DNA of 64,000 bases from Methanobacteriota archaeon (GCA_020696385.1 JAEHCQ010000003.1:64001-128000); one strand, 5' to 3'. Shown: positions 1-10,553, counted from the stretch's first letter. Program-made: numbers and translations. The notes: generated by a model not told the origin, from the sequence alone.

Positions 1-1
1 C

Positions 2-643
2 ATGCCAAAACCGATCCACGGAGAAAATGGAACTGGCATGCACACACATATGTCCTTGGTCGGCAAGGATGGAAACGCCTTCAATGATCCTGATGATGAA
101 AATGGGTTGAACAAACTGGCCTACAATTATATCGCGGGTCTTCTGCAATATTCCAAGGAGATGAATCCAATCCTCAACTCATGGGTCAATTCCTTCAAAA
201 GACTGGTGCCGGGTTATGAAGCTCCTTGTTACATTGCCTGGGCGACACAGAACCGTTCTGCCTTGATCAGAATTCCAGCCAAGCGTGGCGGAGGGACCAG
301 GATCGAGCTCAGGAATCCAGATCCTGCGGGAAGTCCGTACCTGCAGTTCGCGGTCATGTTAGCTGCTGGCCTCAAAGGTATTGAGGACAATATGCAGCCA
401 CCGGAAAGGGTGGAGAAGGACATCTACAAACTGTCGCAGGCGGAGAGAGCGAAATACAATATCGAATCATTGCCGGATAACCTCGGACACTCGCTCACAT
501 TCATGGAAAAATCCGAGTTAATGCTGGAGACACTGGGGCCGCATATCTTCAATAATTTCCTGTATTTGAAGAGGAAGGAGTGGGATGAGTACAGGACTCA
601 GGTGACGGACTGGGAGATAGATCGGTATCTCAGTATATTGTAG
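2..643 (+). CDS. glnA: Glutamine synthetase type I, C-terminal part (5' truncated by window edge)
   Basis: MPKP..G.NGTGMHTHMSL, NSFKRLVPGYEAP, NRSALIRIP, RIELRNPDP motifs. Confidence 0.95.
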   Translation: MPKPIHGENGTGMHTHMSLVGKDGNAFNDPDDENGLNKLAYNYIAGLLQYSKEMNPILNSWVNSFKRLVPGYEAPCYIAWATQNRSALIRIPAKRGGGTRIELRNPDPAGSPYLQFAVMLAAGLKGIEDNMQPPERVEKDIYKLSQAERAKYNIESLPDNLGHSLTFMEKSELMLETLGPHIFNNFLYLKRKEWDEYRTQVTDWEIDRYLSIL

Positions 644-679
644 GCAGACTGGCTACATACTATATTCCATCAAAGGCAA

Positions 680-819
680 CATGCCCCGTCTGGATGATTC
701 ATAAACCATTCATTAGGGCGGGGTTTTATATTCGATGTGCTAGCGGTTGACAAATACCTACTGGCATATATCAAACCCCGCCCCGATCAAAGCAGGGGCG
801 GGGTAGTTTTCATCCTTTC
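680..819. mobile_element. Small non-autonomous two-hairpin element, copy 1 (IS200/IS605-end-like, PATE/REP-like)
   Basis: Hairpins GCCCCGTC...GGGCGGGG and ACCCCGCCCC...GGGGCGGGGT. Near-identical in reverse orientation to 56693-56840 and related to 34668-34835. Confidence 0.65.
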
Positions 820-843
820 TAAAACCCTAAACACCTCAACCCA

Positions 844-1743
844 TCACCCCTCATACAGCCCCGTCGACAGATACTTCTCCCCCCCATCTGGGAAAAGGGT
901 AAGGATAATTCCCTTACCCTTCGCATTCTCCAACTGGCTGGCTTCCTTCAGGGCAGCGTGTAAAGCACCGCCCGAGCTTATCCCGGCCAGTATTCCCTCT
1001 TTCTTCGCAAGCCGTCTTGCCGTACTGAAGGCCTCCCCCTCACCCACATAAACCGTGCGATCGATAAACTGCCCGTTGTATATCTCCGGGATGGCCTGGA
1101 CATCCAGGTTCTTGAGGCCCTGGAGGGTGTCATCTGGTTTGGGCTGAACTCCCACTACCCTGATATCGGGATAAGCCTCTTTCAGACGCTTTGATAGACC
1201 AGTTATCGTACCACCAGTCCCCACACCAGCAACCAAAATATCGATATGTGGAAAGTCCGCGATTATCTCATCCGCGGTGTAGAGATAATGCGCCAGTGTA
1301 TTGCATTCGTTCTTGTATTGATCCAGCATGACCATGCCTTCTTCCCGAACGGCCTTTTCCGCCCTCTGGATACTACCATCCACCCCCTCTTCTTTCGGAG
1401 TCAGGCGCAGCTCCGCACCCAAAGCCTTGAGCATCTTTATTCTCTCGAGACTCATGTTCTCAGGCATATAGAGGATCAGGCGATAGCCACGCACTGCCGC
1501 TATCATAGCCAGTGCGATCCCCGTATTTCCGCTGGTCGCCTCCACAATTGAGGAATCGGGTTTCAAAAGTCCATCGCGTTCAGCGCATCTGACCATCTCC
1601 AGGCTAGCTCGGTCTTTCACCGAGCCAGAAGGGTTAAAATCCTCCAGCTTGGCATATACCTCGACATTGCCAAAATGCATATTATTCAATCTAACAACGG
1701 GCGTCGCACCCACAAGATCCAGCATACTCTCTACTACAACCAT
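844..1743 (-). CDS. cysK: Cysteine synthase (O-acetylserine sulfhydrylase, PLP-dependent)
   Basis: AKLEDFNPSGSVKDR, EATSGNTGIALA, GVGTGGTITG, GISSG, PDGGEKYLST motifs. Confidence 0.9.
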   Translation of the reverse strand: MVVVESMLDLVGATPVVRLNNMHFGNVEVYAKLEDFNPSGSVKDRASLEMVRCAERDGLLKPDSSIVEATSGNTGIALAMIAAVRGYRLILYMPENMSLERIKMLKALGAELRLTPKEEGVDGSIQRAEKAVREEGMVMLDQYKNECNTLAHYLYTADEIIADFPHIDILVAGVGTGGTITGLSKRLKEAYPDIRVVGVQPKPDDTLQGLKNLDVQAIPEIYNGQFIDRTVYVGEGEAFSTARRLAKKEGILAGISSGGALHAALKEASQLENAKGKGIILTLFPDGGEKYLSTGLYEG

Positions 1744-1949
1744 ATATCACACTCTCCCAAAATCAATGAAGGAGGTTTACTCAAGACAACAGCCAGCGGA
1801 TTCGCTCTTCATAACGAAAATTTTGTTGAAGAGCGTACTGTTGGTCATTGAACTGCCAAAAAGAAAAATGTTATTTATAGTTAACCCCCACTTTTTCTTT
1901 GGCTTAAGCTAAATATAGAGAATACTTAACTAGAAAGCTTCTGATATGC

Positions 1950-2207
1950 TCAAACGATATCTGGCTCACAAGAGCCATCATCGAACAATTCTGTTTCCAA
2001 CCTAAATGTGACATTCATGCCCTTGAGCAATTCATGCACCTTGTCGGCAAAGAAAACAGCTTCATTAACAGTGGCATTGTTATTCCACTCATAAACGAAA
2101 TCATAGTTTCCAGTGGTTGGCTTGAATCCGATATTGCTAAGGCGGTCGACTACTTCCGAAGGCTTTGCACCCTCTGTGCTGAACATCATTGTCATATAGG
2201 TTTTCAT
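1950..2207 (-). CDS. Small hypothetical protein
   Basis: 85-aa ORF from the MKTYMT start, globular composition, divergent from the next gene. Confidence 0.6.
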   Translation of the reverse strand: MKTYMTMMFSTEGAKPSEVVDRLSNIGFKPTTGNYDFVYEWNNNATVNEAVFFADKVHELLKGMNVTFRLETELFDDGSCEPDIV

Positions 2208-2313
2208 TGGTATCAATATGGATATGGCTTCGGGGTGTATTAAACCTTTTGATTTAACTATCAAAATAAATCAGGAGAAAAATACATATTGGCTCCCATG
2301 TTTATCCGACGGT

Positions 2314-2814
2314 ATGAAACCCAAGATCCATGAATCATGTTATATCAATCCAGCAGCCGTCATCATTGGTGATGTGGAGATCGCCGAGGGGTGCTCCGTA
2401 TATGCCGGAGCAGTCATCAGAGCAGATCTAGCCCCAGTCAGAATAGGAGCTGGCTCCAATGTTCAGGAGAACTGCGTGATACATGTTTCCAGGAATTATC
2501 CAGTTACCATCGGCAAGGATGTTTCACTAGGGCATTGTTGTGTTGTCCATGGAGCAACCATACATGATGAAACAATAATCGGAATGAACTCGGTGGTTAT
2601 GAATGGCTCCGAGATCGGTGCTGGCTCCATTGTAGGAGGCAATGCTTTTGTAAGGGATGGGACGAAAGTTCCAGCTGGCAGCATGGTCCTGGGAGTTCCG
2701 GCGAAGATCATCAAGTCGGGAGATGCCAGCTTACTTGAACAGACACGCTTCAATGCAGAGACCTACCACATGCTCAGAGATGAACATCGAGCTGGGAAGC
2801 ATGAACGGTATTGA
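2314..2814 (+). CDS. Gamma-carbonic anhydrase family protein (hexapeptide repeat)
   Basis: Left-handed beta-helix repeats; IRAD, SNVQENCVIH, GHCCVVHG metal-ligand pattern. Confidence 0.9.
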   Translation: MKPKIHESCYINPAAVIIGDVEIAEGCSVYAGAVIRADLAPVRIGAGSNVQENCVIHVSRNYPVTIGKDVSLGHCCVVHGATIHDETIIGMNSVVMNGSEIGAGSIVGGNAFVRDGTKVPAGSMVLGVPAKIIKSGDASLLEQTRFNAETYHMLRDEHRAGKHERY

Positions 2815-2831
2815 ATAGTTGAGGAGCTATT

Positions 2832-2895
2832 TGAGTTCATGGAGTTTGTAGAGTTAACTCCAAAAACTCCCAACTCACTAAACTCTATGAACTCA
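2832..2895. repeat. Imperfect inverted repeat built from GAGTT/AACTC units
   Basis: TGAGTTCATGGAGTTT (2832-2847) and AAACTCTATGAACTCA (2880-2895), with internal palindrome GAGTTAACTC. Confidence 0.6.
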
Positions 2896-2951
2896 TTTAT
2901 TATATCTTATCAATAGTAAACTATATGTGGGTGTGTGTGTTTTTCGTGCCG

Positions 2952-4418
2952 ATGAGAAGCCTCAGGATAATGATGTCGGTTTTTATAGTCGTGGCTTTAT
3001 TTATATCGCTGGCCCCCCTTTCAGAGGCAGCGGATACTGTGCCGCCAGTCACCACATTGACAATTATCGGAGCTCAATGGGATATTGACATTACCAATGT
3101 GTCATATACCTACATCAATTCCACTACCCAATTCAATCTCACAGCCCAGGACGATAATGGAACTATTTCCCAGATATCATACAGGATATGGTATCCGGCA
3201 AGCAATTGGACTGCCTGGACCAATTATTCTAGTAATTTCACCATAGATGCTGATCTTGACGGCTTCCATTACATCGAATATTACGCAATGGACAATGCCA
3301 GCAATAATGAGACCGTGAACAATCAGACGGTCTTTTTCGATGATAACGATCCAAGAATAGAGAGCAATAATCCAATGGACGGTAGCGTGGATATCTCCTG
3401 GGGAACTGATATCTCGATCATATTCAATGAACCCATGAACATATCGTCTGTCGAGAATGTCACTTCAATAGAGCCAGCAGTCGAGATCGATGCTTATGAA
3501 TGGACATCCAATAACACAAACTTGACAATAATTCTAAAGGATAATATGAATCACAGCATGGTCTATACTCTCACAATGGGCATGAATGCATCCGATATCA
3601 TGGGTAGTTTCATTGGATCCAATTATTCCTTTAGCTTTACAATATGGCAGGACTTCGATGATGATGGCCAGCCAGATATCCAGGATGATGATGATGATAA
3701 TGATGGATTCACGGATATCTGGGAAGACTTCATGGAAACATCACCGACAAATGCAACAGATATGCCTGTTGACACAGACAATGATGGAGCACCAGATGGT
3801 GATTGGAACAATTCCCAAGCATGGATGGATCTGGATGATGATAATGATAAAGTTCCTGATCTTAATGATACTTTTCCACTCGACCCCAGAGAGCAGATAG
3901 ACACAGATGGCGATGGTGTCGGAGATTATGCGGACGACGACGATGACGACGATGGTGTGGACGATAACGAGGATGTCTTCCCATTGAATGAGGATGAATG
4001 GGTAGACACCGATGAGGACGGTATCGGCAATAATGAGGACACGGATGATGACAATGATGGCTATGTTGACATCCATGATGCCTTCCCACTGGATGCCACC
4101 GAGTTCCTGGACACTGATAGGGATGGAATTGGCAATAATATCGACACCGACGATGATGGGGACAATGTAACAGATGCAGAGGATCCATTCCCACTTGACA
4201 AATCAGAATGGGCGGACTTCGATGGTGATGGCATCGGAGATAATGGGGATACGGATGATGACAATGATGGCTATGTTGACAGCATTGATCCAGACCCATA
4301 CGATGCAGAAGTAGGAAGATTCAGCGACGGTATTATCTTATTATGGCTCATAATCGGAATTATAGTGGTATTGGTAGGTCTCATGGCCTTCCTTATCGTT
4401 AAAGGGCCTCCACAATAG
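2952..4418 (+). CDS. Secreted, membrane-anchored protein with Ig-like domains and thrombospondin type-3-like Ca-binding repeats
   Basis: Signal peptide; Big_5-like IIFNEPMN; repeated DxDxDGxGDxxDxDDDNDG..D.FPLD; C-terminal TM helix. Confidence 0.85.
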   Translation: MRSLRIMMSVFIVVALFISLAPLSEAADTVPPVTTLTIIGAQWDIDITNVSYTYINSTTQFNLTAQDDNGTISQISYRIWYPASNWTAWTNYSSNFTIDADLDGFHYIEYYAMDNASNNETVNNQTVFFDDNDPRIESNNPMDGSVDISWGTDISIIFNEPMNISSVENVTSIEPAVEIDAYEWTSNNTNLTIILKDNMNHSMVYTLTMGMNASDIMGSFIGSNYSFSFTIWQDFDDDGQPDIQDDDDDNDGFTDIWEDFMETSPTNATDMPVDTDNDGAPDGDWNNSQAWMDLDDDNDKVPDLNDTFPLDPREQIDTDGDGVGDYADDDDDDDGVDDNEDVFPLNEDEWVDTDEDGIGNNEDTDDDNDGYVDIHDAFPLDATEFLDTDRDGIGNNIDTDDDGDNVTDAEDPFPLDKSEWADFDGDGIGDNGDTDDDNDGYVDSIDPDPYDAEVGRFSDGIILLWLIIGIIVVLVGLMAFLIVKGPPQ

Positions 4419-4575
4419 ATCTGTAAACTACACTACAGATCACAAATGACCCACATACCAATACCAACCTTGAGAATCTTGAAAGATCACATTTGTGAAA
4501 TAACAGCATATTTGTACGATTTGATATTTCAAAACCTTTATTATCCCATTTAAGATACCCACCTTCGGTGATATC

Positions 4576-5652
4576 TTGTCACATAACAGACTATTCATAC
4601 CTGGACCAACAGAAGCGTTGCCCGAAGTGTTAGCAAAGCAGACCGATTACCTCATTGGCCATCGAAGCAAGGACTTTACAGCCTTGTACACCGGGATCAT
4701 CGGCAAGCTCCAAGAGTATTTTGAGACCGAACAGCACGCGACCGTGTTAACGTCATCTGGAACTATCTGGATGGACATAACTGCCCGCAATATTGTGCAG
4801 AAAAAGGCACTGGCCGGAGTTTGCGGAGCTTTTTCACAGAGGATGGCCAAGACCATTAGCGACTCTGGGAAGGAAGTTGACACCCTGGATGTCGAATGGG
4901 GTCAGGCAATTAAACCAGAGGCTGTTCTTGAGGCACTGGCAAAGGATGATTATGACACAGTTGCCATAGTTCACAATGAAACCTCAACGGGTGTTCGCAA
5001 CCCGGTAGGAGATATTGGCGCGGCCATCAAGAAAGAGTATCCGGATATCATGTTCGTCGTGGATGCTGTTTCCTCAATGGGTGGAAATTACATGGTGCCG
5101 GAGAAGATGAACACTGACATTTTATTCGCATCCACCCAGAAGTGTTTCGCATTACCCCCTGGTCTTTCCATAGCCCTGTATTCGGAAGAGGCAGTGGAGA
5201 GAGCGAGGACCGTACCTGGCCGTGGCTTTTACACCGACCTCGTAGGAATTCATGATTATTATCTCAAGAAACAGCAGAACCCAACCACACCCAATATGTC
5301 CCTGATGTACGCGCTCACATACCAGCTGGACAGGATGCTGGCAGAAGGAGCGAAGGCAAGGCATGACCGCCATGAGCAGATGGCACAGTATACCAGAGCC
5401 TGGGCCAACAGGTACATGGAGATGTTCCCAGAGCCTGGCTATGAATCAATTACAGTATCCACCATTGCCAATACACAGGAGAAGAACATTGGAGATCTGA
5501 ACAAGGAACTGGCAAAGAAAGGATATCAGATCGCGAACGGTTACGGAGCCAAACTGAAAGAGAAAACATTCAGGATCGGACACATGGGAGAATGGAACCT
5601 GGATGATGTCAAGTCATTACTTTGGCATATCGACGAAATATGGGAGCAATAG
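4576..5652 (+). CDS. Class V PLP aminotransferase (alanine-glyoxylate / archaeal phosphoserine aminotransferase-like)
   Basis: LFIPGPT, VHNETSTGV, VDAVSSMGG, STQKCFALPPG, FRIGHMG; directly upstream of serA. Confidence 0.88.
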   Translation: MSHNRLFIPGPTEALPEVLAKQTDYLIGHRSKDFTALYTGIIGKLQEYFETEQHATVLTSSGTIWMDITARNIVQKKALAGVCGAFSQRMAKTISDSGKEVDTLDVEWGQAIKPEAVLEALAKDDYDTVAIVHNETSTGVRNPVGDIGAAIKKEYPDIMFVVDAVSSMGGNYMVPEKMNTDILFASTQKCFALPPGLSIALYSEEAVERARTVPGRGFYTDLVGIHDYYLKKQQNPTTPNMSLMYALTYQLDRMLAEGAKARHDRHEQMAQYTRAWANRYMEMFPEPGYESITVSTIANTQEKNIGDLNKELAKKGYQIANGYGAKLKEKTFRIGHMGEWNLDDVKSLLWHIDEIWEQ

Positions 5653-5672
5653 AAATATCAGGAGGGTGTGAA

Positions 5673-6572
5673 ATGAAAATAATAGTATCGGACAAGCTGG
5701 CAATGGAAGGCGTGCAGAAACTGAAGGATGGCGGATTTGAAGTTCTCGAGGCCTGGGATGAGCCAAAGGACAAGCTGCCAGAGCTGATAGCCGATTGCGA
5801 CGCTATCGTCATCAGAAGCGCGACCAAGGCCACGAAGGAACTCATAGACGCTGGCACCCAGCTCAAAGTAATTGGCAGGGCGGGTATCGGCCTGGACAAT
5901 GTGGACCTGGAGCATGCCAAGGCAAAAGGAATTGTAGTTGTCAATACACCAGCAGCCACCACCGCATCAGTTGCGGAGCTCACATTCACATTGATGCTGG
6001 CCACAGTTCGCGATGTGGTTCGCGGAACTACCGGTATCAAAGAAGGCAAGTGGGAAAAGAAACAGCTCAAGGGCAATGAGGTCTTCGGAAGGACACTGGG
6101 TGTCATCGGTATCGGCCGCATAGGAACTGCTGTGGCCGAGAGAGCCGAAGCCTTTGGAATGAAGATCCTGGCCTATGATCCTTACACAAAGAGCGATAAA
6201 TTCGAAAATGTCGATCTGGACACAATAATAGCACAGAGCGATTTCATCACCCAGCATCTACCGCTTACTCCCGAAACAAAACACATGATCGGTAAGGACC
6301 AGTTCGCCAGAATGAAAGATGGCGTGACCATTCTCAATGTCGCCCGTGGCGGAACCATCGATGAAGAAGCACTATATGATGCGATGGTCAGCGGAAAGGT
6401 GGCCAAGGCCGCACTGGATGTCTTCGAAGTGGAGCCTCCAGTTGACAATAAACTGCTAACACTGCCCAATCTCATATGCACACCCCACATAGGTGCGCAG
6501 ACGCATGAAGGCCAGCTGAGAGCAGGTATCCAGGTTGCCGAGCGCGTGATGGAAGAACTGAACAAATTATAA
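5673..6572 (+). CDS. serA: D-3-phosphoglycerate dehydrogenase (short type, no ACT domain)
   Basis: RAGIGLDNVD, GVIGIGRIG, NVARGG, TPHIGAQT motifs. Confidence 0.85.
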   Translation: MKIIVSDKLAMEGVQKLKDGGFEVLEAWDEPKDKLPELIADCDAIVIRSATKATKELIDAGTQLKVIGRAGIGLDNVDLEHAKAKGIVVVNTPAATTASVAELTFTLMLATVRDVVRGTTGIKEGKWEKKQLKGNEVFGRTLGVIGIGRIGTAVAERAEAFGMKILAYDPYTKSDKFENVDLDTIIAQSDFITQHLPLTPETKHMIGKDQFARMKDGVTILNVARGGTIDEEALYDAMVSGKVAKAALDVFEVEPPVDNKLLTLPNLICTPHIGAQTHEGQLRAGIQVAERVMEELNKL

Positions 6573-6590
6573 TTGATAAGAGGTGAAAAA

Positions 6591-7829
6591 ATGGTAGTAG
6601 TAAGGGCATTCAAAGGTCTCAGACCGAGAAAGGACGTCGCGGACAAAGTGGCATCACCACCATATGATGTGCTGGATTCTGATGAGGCTAGGGAGCTGGT
6701 GAAGACCAATCCAATGAGCTTTCTCCGAGTTGTGAAGCCAGAGGTCGATCTTGATAAGGACATCGACCTGTACAGTGACGAGGTATATCAGCAGGGAGCC
6801 AGCAATCTACAGGCTCTCATAGATGATGGAATAATGGTACAGGATAAGAAAGCCATATACTACTTCTACAAACAGGTGATGGGCGACCATTCACAGGTCG
6901 GCCTTGTGGCTACTGTCGCAGCCACAAATTATGAGAATGACCTCATCAAAAAGCATGAATTCACCAAGCCAGATAAGGAAGCGGACCGAGTAAAACACAT
7001 CATGACGCAGAATGCACAATGTGGACCTGTTTTCCTGACATATCCAGATGATGCGGGGTTCAATAAACTTCAGGAGGAATTCTGCGCGGCCAATGAACCA
7101 TTCGCGGACTTTGTTTCGCCGGATGGTATCGGCCACGTCTTCTGGACGGTCGAGGATAAAAAACTGATAACCGCGATCAAGAAGACCTTTGACAAGATTC
7201 CAGCTCTGTATGTGGCAGACGGCCATCACAGAAGTGCGGCTGGCACTATAGTCGCACAGACCCGAAGATCAGAAAACAAAAAGCACAAGGGTGATGAAGA
7301 ATACAACTTCTTCCTGGCTGTCATATTCCCAAAGAGCAATATGAAGATACTGGCCTACAATCGAGCGGTGGCAGATCTCAATGGACTTTCAAAGGAAGAG
7401 TTCTTTGAAAAGGTGGGCAAGGATTTTCTCATCGCGCCCGATGCTGACCCAGTACCGACCTGCAATCATTTTTACTCCGCTTATATTGATGGCGAGTGGT
7501 TTGGATTGGAGCCACGTTACGGCACATATCCAGCTGACGACCCGGTGAAGAGCCTGGATGCCAGCATACTACAGGAGAACCTGCTCGGACCCATACTGGG
7601 CATTGAAGACCCGAGGACCAGCCAGCGCATAAAGTTCATAGGCGGTATCAGGGGAACACAGGAGTTGGAGAAGCTTGTCAACTCTGGCAAATTCCAGATA
7701 GCCTTCTCCATGCACGCAACTTCTATCAGCGAACTGATGGAAGTTGCGGACAGCGGCAATGTCATGCCTCCCAAATCCACCTGGTTCGAGCCAAAGCTGA
7801 GAAGCGGGCTTGTTGTTCATCAGATATGA
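6591..7829 (+). CDS. DUF1015 family protein
   Basis: VASPPYDV, IKKHEFT, YVADGHHRSAA, MPPKSTWFEPKLRSGL motifs. Confidence 0.9.
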   Translation: MVVVRAFKGLRPRKDVADKVASPPYDVLDSDEARELVKTNPMSFLRVVKPEVDLDKDIDLYSDEVYQQGASNLQALIDDGIMVQDKKAIYYFYKQVMGDHSQVGLVATVAATNYENDLIKKHEFTKPDKEADRVKHIMTQNAQCGPVFLTYPDDAGFNKLQEEFCAANEPFADFVSPDGIGHVFWTVEDKKLITAIKKTFDKIPALYVADGHHRSAAGTIVAQTRRSENKKHKGDEEYNFFLAVIFPKSNMKILAYNRAVADLNGLSKEEFFEKVGKDFLIAPDADPVPTCNHFYSAYIDGEWFGLEPRYGTYPADDPVKSLDASILQENLLGPILGIEDPRTSQRIKFIGGIRGTQELEKLVNSGKFQIAFSMHATSISELMEVADSGNVMPPKSTWFEPKLRSGLVVHQI

Positions 7830-7936
7830 TCTTGTGCATATTGGGCAAATAGTAAGAGGTAAATTACGCCAGAGTTTAGGATGACTCAGGCGTACTCTAT
7901 TAAATAAGATGCTGTCTTTAGGAAAATCGAAGTTTT

Positions 7937-8719
7937 ATGGTTCAGAAGATCAGTGGCATTATTGCAGACCGCGCTTACTCCGAATATGAGAAAAAGCTTG
8001 TCAAAGAGGTTCAGGACGGCAAGACTCCCAATCATCTGGCTATCATCATGGATGGTAATCGACGCTTCGCAATGGAGCTGGGGCTTGGCAAGGCAGAGGG
8101 GCATGTCCAGGGCAAGAACAAGCTGGAGGAAGTTCTAGAATGGTGTTTGGAGGCCGATATTAAAATTCTAACTGTTTACGCATTCTCAACCGAGAACATG
8201 ACCCGCGATTCAGATGAACTGGCCACTCTGATGAAGCTGTTCGAAGAGAGCTTCAGAAAAGTGGCTGTGGACGAGCGTGTGATAAAGAACAAGATCAAGG
8301 TTCGTGTACTCGGGGACACCCAGTTACTTCCAGATAATGTTCAGGAAGCCATTAAGTTTGCCGAAGAAAAGACCAAGGATCATAATAATCATACTTTCAA
8401 CCTGGCCATTGCTTATGGAGGTCGTCAAGAGATCATCATGGCCATCAAGAAGATCGCTGAAAGCGTGAAGAAAGGTGATCTGGAGCCAGCAGATATCAAT
8501 GAAAAGATCTTTGCGGATTTTCTATACACTGCCGACCTTCCGGATCCTGACCTCGTCCTTAGAACATCGGGCGAGGAGCGTATATCCAACTTCCTATTAT
8601 GGCAACTGGCCTATTCAGAATTATACTTCACAGATGTGTACTGGCCAGGCTTTAGAAAGATCGATTTTTTAAGGGCTATAAGAGAGTATCAGAAGAGAGC
8701 AAGAAGATACGGGAAATAG
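7937..8719 (+). CDS. uppS: Polyprenyl (undecaprenyl) diphosphate synthase
   Basis: HLAIIMDGNRR, YAFSTEN, YGGRQEI, RTSGEERISNFLLWQ, RRYG motifs. Confidence 0.95.
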   Translation: MVQKISGIIADRAYSEYEKKLVKEVQDGKTPNHLAIIMDGNRRFAMELGLGKAEGHVQGKNKLEEVLEWCLEADIKILTVYAFSTENMTRDSDELATLMKLFEESFRKVAVDERVIKNKIKVRVLGDTQLLPDNVQEAIKFAEEKTKDHNNHTFNLAIAYGGRQEIIMAIKKIAESVKKGDLEPADINEKIFADFLYTADLPDPDLVLRTSGEERISNFLLWQLAYSELYFTDVYWPGFRKIDFLRAIREYQKRARRYGK

Positions 8720-9064
8720 ACGAGCGAGCAGGCTTGGGCGAATTTTCTTTTTTAAGATGTGCATTTTAGAAATGCATGCATCTTTTTTATCAAGCCAGAT
8801 GGCTTGATTCAGCACTGTAATACTTTTCTTTTAGAGCCCAAGCCAGCACAGCGAGGTAAAAAGAAAAGGCTTACGTGAGTATCAGAAGAGAGCAAGAAGA
8901 TACGGGAAATAAACGAGCGAGCAGGCTGAATCTCAGCAAAGCTGAGCTTTCAGAATCTCGGCATAGCCGAGCTCCGGCGAATTTTCTTTTTTAAGATGTG
9001 CATTTTAGAAATGCATGCATCTTTTTTATCAAGCCAGATGGCTTGATTCAGCACTGTAATACTT
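8684..9064 (+). repeat. Tandem duplication of the uppS 3' end plus a hairpin-rich block
   Basis: 8684-8734 matches 8877-8927 (one difference, TAG vs TAA); 8737-8825 matches 8976-9064. Confidence 0.9.
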
Positions 9065-9134
9065 GTTCTTTTTAAATATGGCAAGTAAGCCATGATCTTT
9101 ATAAATTAAAATTAGCAATTGTGGGCTAATTAAT

Positions 9135-9785
9135 TCAGAATATTGGCCCATAGTCTGCGACGAAATTTATAATTCCAGTCATGACGAACTGCACCGCGAT
9201 GGCAGCCAGTATCAGACCCATTATCCTGGAGAAGGCCAGTGTTCCCATTCTACCGATCCTCTCGAATATCGCTTCTCCATAATACAGAATGAAGTAAGAA
9301 GCAACCATGGTTATCAAGATTGCCAGTATCACCATGAGAGTGGCTGTTAAACTGAACCCATCAGCAGAACCATCAGACATGTAGATCATCACCGTGGTTA
9401 TAGCTCCCGGGCCACCAAACATCGGTACTCCAAGAGGAACGATACCGATGGCCTGGCGGTTCATCGCCTCTTCCTTGTCCTGCTCAGTCAGTTTTGCCTT
9501 GGATCGCGTACCATGCAGCATGGAAAATGCAATGCTGAAGAGTAAAAGACCACCTGCGATCCTGAAAGCTGGAATGGTTATGCTGAATATCTCAAATATA
9601 TAATGGCCAGCAAGGGAAAATGTTACCAGGACCACAAAGGCCACTGTCACGATCTTCCATATGACCGAGTTTCGCTCTTCTCGAGTATAGCCCTCGGTCA
9701 ATGCCACGAAAAATGTCACGTTACCCACTGGATTGACTATGGCGAAGACTGCGATTATTACGGAGATAGCGAAATCAGTATCCAT
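9135..9785 (-). CDS. MarC family integral membrane protein
   Basis: NPVGN, FRIAGGLLLF, IVPLGVPMFGGPGAITT, SRIMGLILAAIAVQF motifs. Confidence 0.92.
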   Translation of the reverse strand: MDTDFAISVIIAVFAIVNPVGNVTFFVALTEGYTREERNSVIWKIVTVAFVVLVTFSLAGHYIFEIFSITIPAFRIAGGLLLFSIAFSMLHGTRSKAKLTEQDKEEAMNRQAIGIVPLGVPMFGGPGAITTVMIYMSDGSADGFSLTATLMVILAILITMVASYFILYYGEAIFERIGRMGTLAFSRIMGLILAAIAVQFVMTGIINFVADYGPIF

Positions 9786-9864
9786 TGAAGCGTGGCAGAC
9801 AGATACTGTATTTAAATATAGTGGCTGAATGAAAAATAAAAAAGAATAATTAAGAGGTATGAGA

Positions 9865-9893
9865 AACACCCGCCAAACGAAAAGGCGGGTGTT
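9865..9893 (-). terminator. Stem-loop downstream of the parvulin cluster
   Basis: AACACCCGCC / GGCGGGTGTT perfect 10-bp stem, followed by U-rich sequence on the minus strand. Confidence 0.55.
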
Positions 9894-9915
9894 ATCTCCT
9901 CATCGAGCACTTCGT

Positions 9916-10206
9916 TTATTTCTTGCCAGTCACCTTTATGATATGATAGCCGAACTGAGATCTAACAGGTCCAGACATCTCCCCTTTTTCAAGAGAGAAA
10001 GCAGCTTCCTCAAAGGGTTTGGCCATCTTGCCCTTTCCAAAGTACCCAAGATCTCCGCCCTTCGCTCTTGAAGGACAGCTTGACCACTTCTTCGCCTGGG
10101 TCTCGAAGCTCGCGCCTTCATTCAATTTCTTGATTATCTTCTCAGCCTCTGATTTCTTGCCAACAAGAATATGACTGGCTCTCACTTTCTTTACATCTTT
10201 AACCAT
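9916..10206 (-). CDS. ppiC: Parvulin-type peptidyl-prolyl isomerase (copy 3)
   Basis: VRASHILV, SCPS..KGGDLGYF, FEEAAF, SQFGYHII motifs. Confidence 0.9.
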   Translation of the reverse strand: MVKDVKKVRASHILVGKKSEAEKIIKKLNEGASFETQAKKWSSCPSRAKGGDLGYFGKGKMAKPFEEAAFSLEKGEMSGPVRSQFGYHIIKVTGKK

Positions 10207-10234
10207 ATGATCACTCTTTATCAAACAATGAACC

Positions 10235-10525
10235 TCAGCGTTTTTTCATCACCCTGATGATATGATAACCGAACTGCGTCCTCACCGGCCCGGATGTTTC
10301 ATCTTTCTCCAGAGAGAACGCAGCCTCCTCGAAGGGCTTTGCCATCTTCCCCCTTTCGAAATAGCCGAGGTCCCCTCCCCGCTTTTTGGAGGGACATTTT
10401 GAATAAGTCTTTGCCAGTGCAGTGAAGTTCGCTCCCTCTTCAAGCTTCTTCAATATCATATTTGCATCTCTTATAGTGCTAACGAGAATATGTCTGGCTC
10501 TGACCTTCTTGATCTCTTTGGCCAT
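10235..10525 (-). CDS. ppiC: Parvulin-type peptidyl-prolyl isomerase (copy 2)
   Basis: VRARHILV, KCPS..RGGDLGYF, TQFGYHII motifs. Confidence 0.9.
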   Translation of the reverse strand: MAKEIKKVRARHILVSTIRDANMILKKLEEGANFTALAKTYSKCPSKKRGGDLGYFERGKMAKPFEEAAFSLEKDETSGPVRTQFGYHIIRVMKKR

Positions 10526-10553
10526 TATATCAGTACCTGACGACGATACAGGA

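Noticed and set aside
737-1051. 104-aa plus-strand ORF
   Set aside because: It spans the hairpin element and is antisense to cysK; a shadow ORF.
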